Below the pieces are notes generated by a model. That model saw only the letters and a list, made by a program, of their open reading frames with translations, did not search any database and was not told the origin of the DNA. DNA of 64,000 bases, from NCBI GenBank assembly GCA_035362335.1, contig DAOSDL010000004.1, forward strand, positions 114,759 to 178,758. Direction: 5' to 3'. Source of the DNA: Bacteroidota bacterium. GTDB taxonomy: Bacteria; Bacteroidota; Ignavibacteria; SZUA-365. How positions within the stretch are numbered: position 1 is the first letter of the stretch; each line of letters opens with the position of its first letter. Below, piece after piece: positions 1 through 8,920 of the stretch. The translations under genes and the position numbers were made by a program.

Positions 1-355
1 AATTGGGGCGCGTGCTGTTGACCTTGTCGCGCACGCGCCGCAGGGCTTCGTCCACGTCCACACCGGTTTCAAATTCGATGAAGATGGTGGCGAGGCCTTC
101 CTTGGACGACGAGCTGATCTGCTTGACGTCCTTGAGCGTCTTGAACTCCTTCTCCAGCGGCTGCGTGATCAGGCCTTCCATGTCCGTGGGATTCACGCCG
201 ATGTAGGGCACGGAAACGATCACATACGGGATGGTGATGTCGGGCGCGGCTTCGCGCGGCATGCTCGTGTACGATTGCAGGCCGACCACCGCGATGATCA
301 GAATGAGAATGTACACCGCGACGCGATTGTCGACGGCAAGATTCCAGATTTTCAT
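1..355 (-). CDS. RND (AcrB/HAE1-type) efflux permease, N-terminal fragment that runs past the window start
   Basis: Read by hand on the minus strand. The ATG is at 355-353, about 28 nt after the adaptor stop. Translation MKIWNLAVDNRVAVYILILIIAVVGLQSYTSMPREAAPDITIPYVIVSVPYIGVNPTDMEGLITQPLEKEFK... is a canonical RND TM1 plus the start of the porter domain. It is absent from the ORF track because no stop codon lies in the window. Confidence 0.85.
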   Translation of the reverse strand, partial: MKIWNLAVDNRVAVYILILIIAVVGLQSYTSMPREAAPDITIPYVIVSVPYIGVNPTDMEGLITQPLEKEFKTLKDVKQISSSSKEGLATIFIEFETGVDVDEALRRVRDKVNSTRPN

Positions 356-383
356 AAGCAGAGTCCTTTTCCTCGTGACGGGG

Positions 384-1442
384 TCAGTTTTTGACCTTCA
401 CGGGTTGCCCGTCGGCCACGTTCTGCACGCCGAGGGTGATCAGTTTGTCGCCCGCAGCGAGACCGTTGCGAACCACCACGATGCCTTTGCTCGAACTTCC
501 CAGCTCGAGCACACGCTCGCGGGCCGAGCCATTCTCCATGACGTAGGCGACAAATTGATCGATATCCTTTTTGACAATGTAGTCGTCGGGAATGCTGATC
601 ACGCCGGATTTCGCCGAAAGCGTGATGCTCATGGCGGCGATCATATCGGGCTTGAGCTTGCCGCCGCCACTGACGAGAACTTCGATGGGGATGGTACGAT
701 TGTCTTTCGCAACCGCGGCACCGACAAAGGACACGCTGCCGGAGAATTGCTCGCCGGGGAACGCGTCCACCGTGAAACGCACCTTGTCACCCACCTTGAA
801 GCCACCGGCGTAGCGCTCGGGCACGCCCGCTTCGATTTTCAGACGGCCGTTGTTTACCACGTGCGCGACGGGCGCACCGGGACCGATCATTTCCCCCGCT
901 TCGACATAACGGATGTTGAGCGTTCCGTTGATCGGGCTTTTCACACGCGTGCGTTCGAGGCGTTCGCGGCTCATTTCCATGCCCGCCTTGGCCGCGTCGC
1001 GCTGGTATTCCAGGGTTTTGAGTTGCAACTCGGAAATACCCTGCTGCTCATAGACGCGTTTCTGTTTCTCGAAATTCGTTTGCGCGATGTTGTATTGCGC
1101 GAGCGCCGCATCATACGCTGTGCGGAGCAAGGCGCTGTCGAGCTGCACCAGCACTTGTCCGACGCGGACATTGGCACCGCGGGGCACGAGCCAGCGCAGC
1201 ACGCGACCGCCCTCGTCGGCCGGTACTTTCACATCCTCGAAGCTGGCGATGGTGCCCGTCAATTGAAGGGTTTCCGAGAAATCACCCGGAGTGATGTCCA
1301 TGACCTGAATGGTCACCGCATCGACGGTGCGCTCGTTGGTTTCGGATTTTGCCGATCCGGCGGAATTCTCTCCACAAGCCGCGACCAGTCCCAGCAAGGG
1401 CAGGGCCACGACGAGGAGCAGGGGAAGCATGCGACGATTCAT
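384..1442 (-). CDS. Efflux RND periplasmic adaptor (membrane-fusion protein, HlyD/AcrA family)
   Basis: 352-aa ORF with lipoprotein-type signal MNRRMLPLLLVVALPLLGLVAAC. It has a coiled-coil hairpin segment (AQTNFEKQKRVYEQQGISELQLKTLEYQRDAAKA). It lies between the TolC-like and RND genes. Confidence 0.85.
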   Translation of the reverse strand: MNRRMLPLLLVVALPLLGLVAACGENSAGSAKSETNERTVDAVTIQVMDITPGDFSETLQLTGTIASFEDVKVPADEGGRVLRWLVPRGANVRVGQVLVQLDSALLRTAYDAALAQYNIAQTNFEKQKRVYEQQGISELQLKTLEYQRDAAKAGMEMSRERLERTRVKSPINGTLNIRYVEAGEMIGPGAPVAHVVNNGRLKIEAGVPERYAGGFKVGDKVRFTVDAFPGEQFSGSVSFVGAAVAKDNRTIPIEVLVSGGGKLKPDMIAAMSITLSAKSGVISIPDDYIVKKDIDQFVAYVMENGSARERVLELGSSSKGIVVVRNGLAAGDKLITLGVQNVADGQPVKVKN

Positions 1443-1476
1443 TGATATTCTCTGAGTATGGTGGCTGATTCGTTTG

Positions 1477-2850
1477 CTATTCTTGATGCATGCTCAGGGC
1501 CTGCTCCAGATCCGCCCGAGCGACAAGGTAATCGTACATGGCCTGCGCTTTGTTCACTCGCGCGCGCATCAACGCCACATCGGCGTCGTTGACTTCGAGT
1601 TGCGTACCGGAGCCGTCCTGATAGCGCGTGGTCGCGATGGCGTAGCCTTTCTCGGCCTGCTCCACATTGCTGCCCTGCGCCTCGATGCGCTTGCGCGCCT
1701 CCTCGATGCGGAAACGGATGTTCTGGATATTCGTGACCATCGCATCCTTCGCCGCATTGAACTGCTCCTGCGATTTCATGAAATCGACCTTGGCCTGATC
1801 CACACGCGCGCTGGTCTGCAGTCCATTGAAGAGATTGAGATTGAGCGACAGACCCACCTGCGAGGAGCGAACAAAGTCGTTGGTGGAAATGCGGCCGAGA
1901 TGCTCGTTTTGCGCCTGCCACTGATAATCGCCAAAGGCGGCGAGCGTGGGCAACGATTCGGAGCGGTAAATCGAAACCAGTTGCTCGTTGACGCGCATGG
2001 ACTGTTCCAGCGCGCGCAGTCCCTCGTTGCGCTCGATCACGGTTTGCTCGGCGCCCTGTATGATGCCGGGATCCATCGCGTCGTAGTGAAGGTCGCCGAC
2101 CAATGTGACGTCCTCCGCCGGTGAAATGCCAAGCAGCATTTTCAGTCCGTTCGTGGCCAGACTCACGTTGCGTTCCGCTTCGATCACCGAGGGTCGAACG
2201 TTCTCGGTCTGCACGCGGGCGCGAATGAGATCATACTCGGACACAATCCCCTGATCGAAAAAAAGCCGCACGTTGCGAAGGTTTTTTTCCGCATTGTCCA
2301 GACTCGCCTTCACCATGGCGTGCACATCCTTGGTGAACAGCACTCCGTAAAAAGCGCGCTTGACATCGCTGACCGTCTTGTTGTAGGTGTCGCGATAGAG
2401 ATGACGCGACGCCTGCTGATAGATTTTCGCGGTGCCCACTCCCGTGAACACGGCGGCGTTGAACAGCACCTGCGAGGCGGTGAAGCCGAACTGATAGGAA
2501 TTGTCGGAGCCGATTTCGATCGGCATGATGCGTCCGCTGCCGGGATTCTGGAAGTCCGGAAGAAAGAACACCGGCTTCTTCAAGGCGCGGGTGTAGGTGC
2601 CGGACAGCGTCAGACTCGGCAGCGCGGTTCCAACCGCCTCCCGGACCTGATAATTGGCCTTCTCGGTTTCGAGGCGGGCGATCTCCAACTCGCGGTTCTT
2701 GTCCACCGCGATTCGTATCGCCTCGTCGAGCGTCAGTGTCCTGCTTTGCGCACTGGCGACCGACGATGCGAGGACTGCGAACACGAGCGTCGTGACGACA
2801 CGTCGAAGGTTCATGAGTTGTCCCGTGGAATGATGGATAATGTGTTTCAT
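1477..2850 (-). CDS. TolC-family outer-membrane efflux channel
   Basis: 457-aa ORF with signal peptide ...LVFAVLASSVASAQ and two internally repeated coiled-coil/beta halves typical of TolC/OprM. The ATG at 2850 overlaps the TetR stop (ATGA). An alternative ATG lies at 2814. Confidence 0.85.
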   Translation of the reverse strand: MKHIIHHSTGQLMNLRRVVTTLVFAVLASSVASAQSRTLTLDEAIRIAVDKNRELEIARLETEKANYQVREAVGTALPSLTLSGTYTRALKKPVFFLPDFQNPGSGRIMPIEIGSDNSYQFGFTASQVLFNAAVFTGVGTAKIYQQASRHLYRDTYNKTVSDVKRAFYGVLFTKDVHAMVKASLDNAEKNLRNVRLFFDQGIVSEYDLIRARVQTENVRPSVIEAERNVSLATNGLKMLLGISPAEDVTLVGDLHYDAMDPGIIQGAEQTVIERNEGLRALEQSMRVNEQLVSIYRSESLPTLAAFGDYQWQAQNEHLGRISTNDFVRSSQVGLSLNLNLFNGLQTSARVDQAKVDFMKSQEQFNAAKDAMVTNIQNIRFRIEEARKRIEAQGSNVEQAEKGYAIATTRYQDGSGTQLEVNDADVALMRARVNKAQAMYDYLVARADLEQALSMHQE

Positions 2851-3539
2851 TGCTTTTCGTTCTCGGTGGCGGGGCGATGATTGAGTACCCCGTTGAAAAA
2901 GGCGATATCGATCATACGAATGCAGTGCGCGATGCTCGCCTCGATTTCCTCCTCACCCATCGTCAACTGGGGAACCCCGTTGACGCACACGAATCCTTTC
3001 TGGAGGTGCAGTGAGGAATTGAACAGGGAGAAAATGCTCGTGACGTAGAGAAATCCCATCTGCGTCGTTGGCACCTCGCCGATCTCGCCATTCTTCACCG
3101 CGCGCTGCAGCGGCTCCTCGATCACCATCAGCAGATTCGGGAACAGCATCGCGAGATGCGAGTGGCGATCCATGCGATGCATTTCCCTCATGAGCAGGTT
3201 GTACATGCCCATGTTGTTGAACAAATGATCGAGTAATTGTCGGGCGAAATTGATGTAGCTCTCCTTGAGCGACAGGGCCGGATTCGTGCATGTGGCCACG
3301 GCGATGCCCACGAATTCGTCGAAAATGTCGGCGATGACCGACTCGAACAACTCCTCCTTGTTCTGGAAGTAGTTGTACAACGTGCCCTTCCCGAATTCCG
3401 CGCGCTCCGCGATTTCATCCAGGGTGGCGGCGTCGAAGCCGCACGCGGCAAACACAACGCGCGCCGCGTTCACGATTTCCTGCCGTTTGAAGAGGCGCTC
3501 GCGTTCTTTTCTGCTGAGTTTCTGCGTTTCCTGGTTCAT
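2847..3539 (-). CDS. TetR/AcrR-family transcriptional repressor, first gene of the efflux operon
   Basis: Track ORF 2847..3653 trimmed to the ATG at 3539. MNQETQKLSRKERERLFKRQEIVNAARVVFAACGFDAATLDEIAERAEFGKGTLYNYFQNKEELF is a TetR N-terminal HTH. Confidence 0.85.
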   Translation of the reverse strand: MNQETQKLSRKERERLFKRQEIVNAARVVFAACGFDAATLDEIAERAEFGKGTLYNYFQNKEELFESVIADIFDEFVGIAVATCTNPALSLKESYINFARQLLDHLFNNMGMYNLLMREMHRMDRHSHLAMLFPNLLMVIEEPLQRAVKNGEIGEVPTTQMGFLYVTSIFSLFNSSLHLQKGFVCVNGVPQLTMGEEEIEASIAHCIRMIDIAFFNGVLNHRPATENEKQ

Positions 3540-3619
3540 GGTTTGGTAACATTCCTGTAGAACCATCCGGTTCCCAATATGACCAATGAGTCGGGTCGTT
3601 GACCAACAAGTCAGATTTA

Positions 3620-3634
3620 CGAACAACTTGTTCG
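3620..3634. promoter_or_regulatory. Candidate TetR operator (palindrome CGAACAA-N-TTGTTCG)
   Basis: 7-bp perfect inverted arms around one central base, about 85 nt upstream of the TetR ATG. Additional CAACAA/TTGTTG half-sites flank it. Confidence 0.4.
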
Positions 3635-3773
3635 ATTGTTGCAGAAAAAGCAAGAGCCGAGGGGAGAATTCGTGAAATTTATTCGGGGGTAGCGTAGGAG
3701 GGACGAAACGCCGGAACAGGACTACACGCTAATGGGGAAGCAGCACGGTAAGCCAATGCAAACGAAGAGCCGC

Positions 3774-3837
3774 AGGGTGATTCATGAATCCACCTTCTAT
3801 CCGCAGGGTGATGGAAGGGTGATTCATGAATCCACCT
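3774..3837. repeat. Two identical 22-bp direct repeats (AGGGTGATTCATGAATCCACCT) 42 bp apart
   Basis: Copies at 3774-3795 and 3816-3837. Each contains the perfect 12-bp palindrome GATTCATGAATC. A partial CGCAGGGTGAT leader also recurs at 3771 and 3802. Confidence 0.7.
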
Positions 3838-4078
3838 CCGCCAGGCAATCTGACCGCACCTTGGTTATCTGATCGATGGATCACCGTGTTGCGCTCGCGG
3901 ACGAGCACGATATCTCCCCACGGCCTCCGGTCGGAACTGCGGGAAAACCCGCTCGCTGTATTCTCCCGGCGGAGCAGCCCAAAGGGCATTTCCGCATACC
4001 TGATCACTCACACGGGCGGCACCGGGCCGAATGTGATGTGAAATCCAGGCCGCTATCGATGGAATTTCAGGCGGTAAT

Positions 4079-4837
4079 TCACCAAGTGAAGGTGAAACGC
4101 AGTTCGTCCACCCTTCCCATTCGATGTACCAGGGACGAACGCATCGACGGCAGCAAGGCAGCGCGCTGTTCCAACGTGGCATTGTGGCGACGCACGAACA
4201 CTCCGGCCTGTATCGCACTCCAGATGCGATTCGCCACCATGCCCAACACGAAGAACGACACCGCGTTGGACATCTCATCCGAGAGAATGCGGCGATCCTT
4301 GTAGTACTTCCTGCTGCTTTCGCTGTCCCACTGCCATTGGAACGAAGGTTCGTCAGGGTACAGCTCGTCGAGCCGCCGTTCGATCAAACGCTGATTGTTG
4401 TAGTCGTGCAGATCGCGGTAATTCTCTATGTGTACCCAGAATTCGTCCTCCTTGCCGGCGGGATCCACGCCCGCGTGCTGGCGGGCAAAGGTTCGCGCAT
4501 CGTCGCGCACCCAGCTTCCGTACGTGTTCACCCCGATCAGGCCAAGCCACAACCCGGCCTCGGTGATCAAGGGATACATGCCGCGGTCCATGCGGCCCGC
4601 GTACATCTCGCCCATACCAGGCAAAACCATCGAATACAGCACGCCGAGAAAGCCGGACTTGGCCTCGCTCTCCCCCGCCACTGCGGCACCCATCGCGGCG
4701 GGATGGATCGGCGCGGACTCACCCTGCGCCAATTGCGGCGATCGCGGCGCAATGGCGTCTGTGACGTACTGCGCGGACAGTCCAACGGTGGAGAAAACAA
4801 AAACGGTGAGCGTGGAGAAGACGATTCTATAAATCAC
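4079..4837 (-). CDS. Hypothetical exported/membrane protein
   Basis: 252-aa ORF with signal peptide MIYRIVFSTLTVFVFSTVGLSAQ and a hydrophobic segment VLYSMVLPGMGEMYAG...LWLGLIGV. No family recognised. Confidence 0.5.
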   Translation of the reverse strand: MIYRIVFSTLTVFVFSTVGLSAQYVTDAIAPRSPQLAQGESAPIHPAAMGAAVAGESEAKSGFLGVLYSMVLPGMGEMYAGRMDRGMYPLITEAGLWLGLIGVNTYGSWVRDDARTFARQHAGVDPAGKEDEFWVHIENYRDLHDYNNQRLIERRLDELYPDEPSFQWQWDSESSRKYYKDRRILSDEMSNAVSFFVLGMVANRIWSAIQAGVFVRRHNATLEQRAALLPSMRSSLVHRMGRVDELRFTFTW

Positions 4838-4915
4838 ACGAACCTCGATGTGTCGACAATCCTGAAATGTACACCACGGCAGGTACGATGCGCAATGCCC
4901 GAAATGCTGGGTGCA

Positions 4916-6016
4916 TCACTTCAGTACCCGCTGGTCGAGCGGGATGAAATTGAAGCCTTTTTTTCGCAAGCGTGAAATCTCCGCTTGGAGAAATCCGACC
5001 ACATTCTCCCGCAATTCCACCACACCCACGCTCACACCCTCGCGTGCCGAAAGGGCCGCGAGATCGTTCATGCGCGTACTCATGACGCTCTCGCCCGAGC
5101 CCCGATCAATGTAGGTGATCATCGCGCTCTCCAGTTTTCGCAGTCCCTTCGATGCCAGCTCCTTGTCCACAAGCCGCATGGCCATGCCCGGAGCGCGTTC
5201 GCTCGTCAGATAGTAGGCGCTGCTGCCGGGAAAGTTCCGGGCGATGGATCGCACATGTTTGAGAATGTCCGCCTCAGTCATGCTCTCAGCCAATTCGTAG
5301 CGCGACTCCTCATCGGCCAGGGGTTTGAAATGCAGATGCAGCACCACGGCCTTCCCCGCCGCACGCAACTGCGTATGCAGCGACACATTGTCCTTGTGTG
5401 GTTCGATGATGCAGGCAATCGGTTCCTGCGTCTGTATGAAGGCATCGATGTCCGATTGGGAAGCGTCCGTGAGTCCGTCGACCAGCAGTGCGATACTGCC
5501 ACCCTGCCTGCTGATCTCGGACGTGGGGGTGAACACGAGGGAATAGCGTATGCTGCCGCGAAATTTGATATGCACGGCGATTTGCGCCTCTTTGGCATTC
5601 TCGATGGCGAAGGACCGCCCGCTGTACTCCTCGACCAGCGTTTTAAGGTCAAGATTCAGCGAGGCCATCGGAACGTCTCGCGGTACACTGACAATCCACA
5701 CGTCACGCACATGACCGGCATCGTCGAGATGCACCTCGCGCCGGCGTATCCAATCGGGAAGGATGCCGTAGCTGTCGAGCACGCGCTCCACGTCCTCCTC
5801 CAGCCTGTCGACGGAGGCCAGATCGCGGCGCGCCTGCATGCGATCGAGATTGGGTTGCACCAAGGTCACAAAACGCTCGGCTACAAACAGCAGAACGATC
5901 AATGCCGCAAGCACACCCGCTATCCACAGACGAATGCGTATGCCCCGGTCCGGGCGTTCGGTTTCGACAAACGACGCGTGACGATACTCGTCGCCGTCGC
6001 CATAATCCTCGTACAT
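4916..6016 (-). CDS. Membrane-anchored protein with a divergent polysaccharide-deacetylase-like (YibQ-like) C-terminal domain
   Basis: 366 aa with an N-terminal TM (IRLWIAGVLAALIVLLFVA). The C-terminal ~220 aa are colinear with YibQ-type domains (SIALLVDGL...VVLHLHFKP...YYLTSE...), but the usual metal and catalytic motifs look degenerate. Confidence 0.4.
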   Translation of the reverse strand: MYEDYGDGDEYRHASFVETERPDRGIRIRLWIAGVLAALIVLLFVAERFVTLVQPNLDRMQARRDLASVDRLEEDVERVLDSYGILPDWIRRREVHLDDAGHVRDVWIVSVPRDVPMASLNLDLKTLVEEYSGRSFAIENAKEAQIAVHIKFRGSIRYSLVFTPTSEISRQGGSIALLVDGLTDASQSDIDAFIQTQEPIACIIEPHKDNVSLHTQLRAAGKAVVLHLHFKPLADEESRYELAESMTEADILKHVRSIARNFPGSSAYYLTSERAPGMAMRLVDKELASKGLRKLESAMITYIDRGSGESVMSTRMNDLAALSAREGVSVGVVELRENVVGFLQAEISRLRKKGFNFIPLDQRVLK

Positions 6017-6799
6017 TTATTTTCCTGAAAACGACGGGCGACGTTTTTCGAGAAAAGCGTTGGTGCCTTCGATGAAATCCTCGGTTCCACATGCTATGCC
6101 GAATAGTGCGGCTTCGGCGGAAATGCCCTCACGCAGCCCCATCTGGGGTACGCAGCGCAAGGCGTGCAGCGCAAGACGCACGGCGGGCTGCCCCTTCGAA
6201 CGAATAACGGCCGCCATGGCGAGTGCGCTTGGCAACGCTTCGCCCGCGTCCACCAGTTTGTTGGCAAGACCGATGCGCCACGCCTCCTCCGCATCGATCA
6301 GTTCACCAGTGAGTATCAGTTCCGTTGCACGACCGATGCCCACGATACGCGGCAGGCGCTGCGTCCCGCCGTACCCCGGAATAACGCCGAGATTGACCTC
6401 GGGCTGTCCGAAACGCGCATTGCGCGACGCGATGCGAATATGGCATACCAGGCACAATTCGCATCCCCCGCCCAGCGCGAAGCCGTTCACAGCGGCGATC
6501 ACCGGCTTTGTACAGGACTCGATGCGCTGAAACACTTCCTGTCCGTAGAGCGCGAATTCCTGCCCCGACACCGCGCGCTGCGCCGAGAGTTCCTTGATAT
6601 CCGCCCCGGCCACGAAGGCCTTCTCCCCTGCGCCGGTCAACACGAGTACATCCACGTTCACGTCACTTTCCGCGGCGAGCACTGCTTCGCGCAACTCGCG
6701 CAAGGTGTCGTGGTTGAGCGCGTTGAGTTTGTCCGGTCGATTGACGGTGATGACAGCAACACCGTCGCGAACTTCGTAGAGCAGATTGGTGAATGTCAT
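6017..6799 (-). CDS. Enoyl-CoA hydratase/isomerase (crotonase family)
   Basis: Track ORF trimmed to the ATG at 6799. MTFTNLLYEVRDGVAVITVNRPDKLNALN...VLTGAGEKAFVAGADIKE...AAVNGFALGGGCEL is a classical crotonase fold signature. Confidence 0.85.
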   Translation of the reverse strand: MTFTNLLYEVRDGVAVITVNRPDKLNALNHDTLRELREAVLAAESDVNVDVLVLTGAGEKAFVAGADIKELSAQRAVSGQEFALYGQEVFQRIESCTKPVIAAVNGFALGGGCELCLVCHIRIASRNARFGQPEVNLGVIPGYGGTQRLPRIVGIGRATELILTGELIDAEEAWRIGLANKLVDAGEALPSALAMAAVIRSKGQPAVRLALHALRCVPQMGLREGISAEAALFGIACGTEDFIEGTNAFLEKRRPSFSGK

Positions 6800-6857
6800 G
6801 GCGTTCCTCTGTGGTGAATGCATATCCTGGCGCGGCGCGTCTGGAAAAATACGCGCT

Positions 6858-7655
6858 TCATGGATGAAACCCAATGCCGAAGGTATGTGTCGCTCCGAGA
6901 TCCGGATGCCACTGACAGGCGTACTCCACAATGAAGCGTTGCCAGCGTATGGCGAATCCCCCACTGGCGGTCCACGGGGCGAGCGTACTGCCCGCACGAA
7001 ACAGCAGCGCTTCCCCAACCTGAACTTCGCCGCCCACGCGCACCAGCACGGGCCAACGCGGATCCTTTTCCACGTCGACGAGCAACAGCACAGTGGAATC
7101 CGCTCTCCACGCCGCTCCCAGATGCATCAATGACGGTAGACGGTCGCGTACCACACCGCCCAGAGACGACAGCGTGACATTGCTTGCACGTATACCGAAG
7201 GTCAACGACGGTAGCGCGTCCGCCGTCGCTCCCACATCCACCATGGGCACGGTGGTGGCGCCGTAACGCTCGATGGCGACATTCAACATGCGGGCACTCA
7301 TGCCGATGGCAAGACCAGCTCCGAACGCTGTTCCGGCACTGACCGCGGCTTCCGTTTCGCGGTACAGCGGCGATCCCGACCGCGTGAGTGTGAGCGCGGC
7401 ACCGCAGAAAGCGAAAGTATGCGTCCACGCGGCGGCGGAGCTGGAAAGTTCGGTAAAGCCGTAGCGCCACGGTGTACTGCTCACGGCTGCCATTGCCGTA
7501 CTGCCCGCGAGCAACGCCGGATTGCGCAGTGCCAGCCAGGCGTCGCCACCCACTGCCACACCGCCTCCGCCCATCGCCGCTGAGCGCGCGCCGCGCTCCG
7601 GCAGATCGCCTGCGGCGAACGCCATACCGGCCGTGGCAAGCAGCAGAAGGAGCAC
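6858..7655 (-). CDS. Outer-membrane beta-barrel protein with a PorV/PorQ/FadL-like N-terminal motif
   Basis: This is the C-terminal 266 codons of track ORF 6858..8636. LLLLLATAGMAFAAGDLPERGARSAAMGGGGVAVGGDAWLALRNPALLA is followed by alternating beta-strand pattern. The only plausible start is GTG at 7655, as there is no in-frame ATG before the signal peptide. The upstream part of the track ORF is antisense to the PorD-like gene. Confidence 0.45.
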   Translation of the reverse strand: MLLLLLATAGMAFAAGDLPERGARSAAMGGGGVAVGGDAWLALRNPALLAGSTAMAAVSSTPWRYGFTELSSSAAAWTHTFAFCGAALTLTRSGSPLYRETEAAVSAGTAFGAGLAIGMSARMLNVAIERYGATTVPMVDVGATADALPSLTFGIRASNVTLSSLGGVVRDRLPSLMHLGAAWRADSTVLLLVDVEKDPRWPVLVRVGGEVQVGEALLFRAGSTLAPWTASGGFAIRWQRFIVEYACQWHPDLGATHTFGIGFHP

Positions 7656-7703
7656 CGATACTGCCTTGCCCCAGCATGCCCTTTTCTCTATCTTGATGGC
7701 TTG

Positions 7704-8633
7704 ATGTCCACCACCGTACGGAACTCTGCCATGACCGTTCGCTCTCTCATCGTCGCCGTGTTGTTGCTCTCCGCCGTGCGCTCCACCGCGCAGGAAATCG
7801 ACTTCACCGCCGAGGTGACGATGGATGCCCTGTCTCCCTCGCAAAAGGATTATCTGTCGGAATTCCGACAGCGCTTGATGGACTATGTCAACGACCATCG
7901 TTGGACGGATGTCGAGTTCTACGGCGACCGCATCCCCGTGCGCATGAGCATCAATTTCATTTCCGGCACCGATGGCGGGGAGTTCTCCGCACAGGTGGTG
8001 GTGGATGCGCAACGCCGCACGTGGAAAGACGGCCGGCCCACGCAGGCCACCTCGCTGATTCTGCGCATCATGGATCCGAAGTGGTCGTTCAATTACATCA
8101 AAGGCACGCCGTTCGTGCACGATGAATACCAGTACAACGAGATCGTCAGCTTTATCGACTTCTACATCTACCTCATTCTCGGCATTGATTTCGACAGCTA
8201 CGAGCCCCTGCAAGGATCCCCGTACTACCAGAAGGCGCTCAACGTCGCGCAGCGCAGCCAAACCGGACGGCAGGCGCAGGAGTGGCGTGGGCAGAGCAAT
8301 CAGTACAGTCGGCTGAATTTCATCGCGGAGTTGCTCAATGCGCAGTACGAGAATTTCCGTTCCTCGCTGTACTGGTACTACTACGAGGGTCTGGATTTCA
8401 TCGAGACGGACAAGGACCTCGCGCAAAAAGCCATCTCCCGGGCGCTTGAAGACCTCGTGGAAATCCTCAACCGCACATCCGCGCGATCGCTGCTTCTGAC
8501 GATGTGGTTGGAAGCGAAGAGCAGCGAATTCTGCAAACTCCTCGACGGCTACAGCAATCGTGGCAAGGTGATGAGCGCCCTCGTGACGGCCGACCCTGCC
8601 CGTTCCGAGGTATACCGGCAATGCATGTTCTGA
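7704..8633 (+). CDS. DUF4835 / T9SS PorD-like protein
   Basis: About 309 aa with signal peptide ...LIVAVLLLSAVRSTAQ. Family-typical segments are YLSEFRQRLMDYVNDHRW, FIDFYIYLILGIDFDSYE and YSRLNFIAELLN. An alternative start ATG lies at 7731. Confidence 0.7.
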   Translation: MSTTVRNSAMTVRSLIVAVLLLSAVRSTAQEIDFTAEVTMDALSPSQKDYLSEFRQRLMDYVNDHRWTDVEFYGDRIPVRMSINFISGTDGGEFSAQVVVDAQRRTWKDGRPTQATSLILRIMDPKWSFNYIKGTPFVHDEYQYNEIVSFIDFYIYLILGIDFDSYEPLQGSPYYQKALNVAQRSQTGRQAQEWRGQSNQYSRLNFIAELLNAQYENFRSSLYWYYYEGLDFIETDKDLAQKAISRALEDLVEILNRTSARSLLLTMWLEAKSSEFCKLLDGYSNRGKVMSALVTADPARSEVYRQCMF

Positions 8634-8920
8634 CATGACGTCTCCCCGACGTTGGTGAACAGTGGTGTGCGACGTGCGACCGCCACGCCTCCGTGAAACT
8701 CTCGTGGCAACTCCCTGTTTTTTCTCTCACACATGCATTGCTGGACGCAGTTGTGTGTGAAGTCGTCGCGCGAGGTGTGTAGCGATCTTCCTTTGTTGAA
8801 TTCCGTGCGTTCCGACTCCCGCGAAACGTACGTTGCCGCATAGAGTACTTCCTTATCCCGTTCCGTACAAGGCAGAAAAGCGCCCCGTCACGCTGAATTC
8901 CCCATCGCTGCCACGGCTAT

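Noticed and set aside
3729-4007. 92-aa ORF with an internal GGFMNHP repeat
   Set aside because: The peptide repeat is only the translation of the 22-bp DNA direct repeats. The remainder is not protein-like, and there is no start context.
7656-8636. Upstream two-thirds of the 592-aa ORF 6858..8636
   Set aside because: It is antisense to the DUF4835/PorD-like gene. Only the C-terminal 266 codons (the beta-barrel) look genuine.
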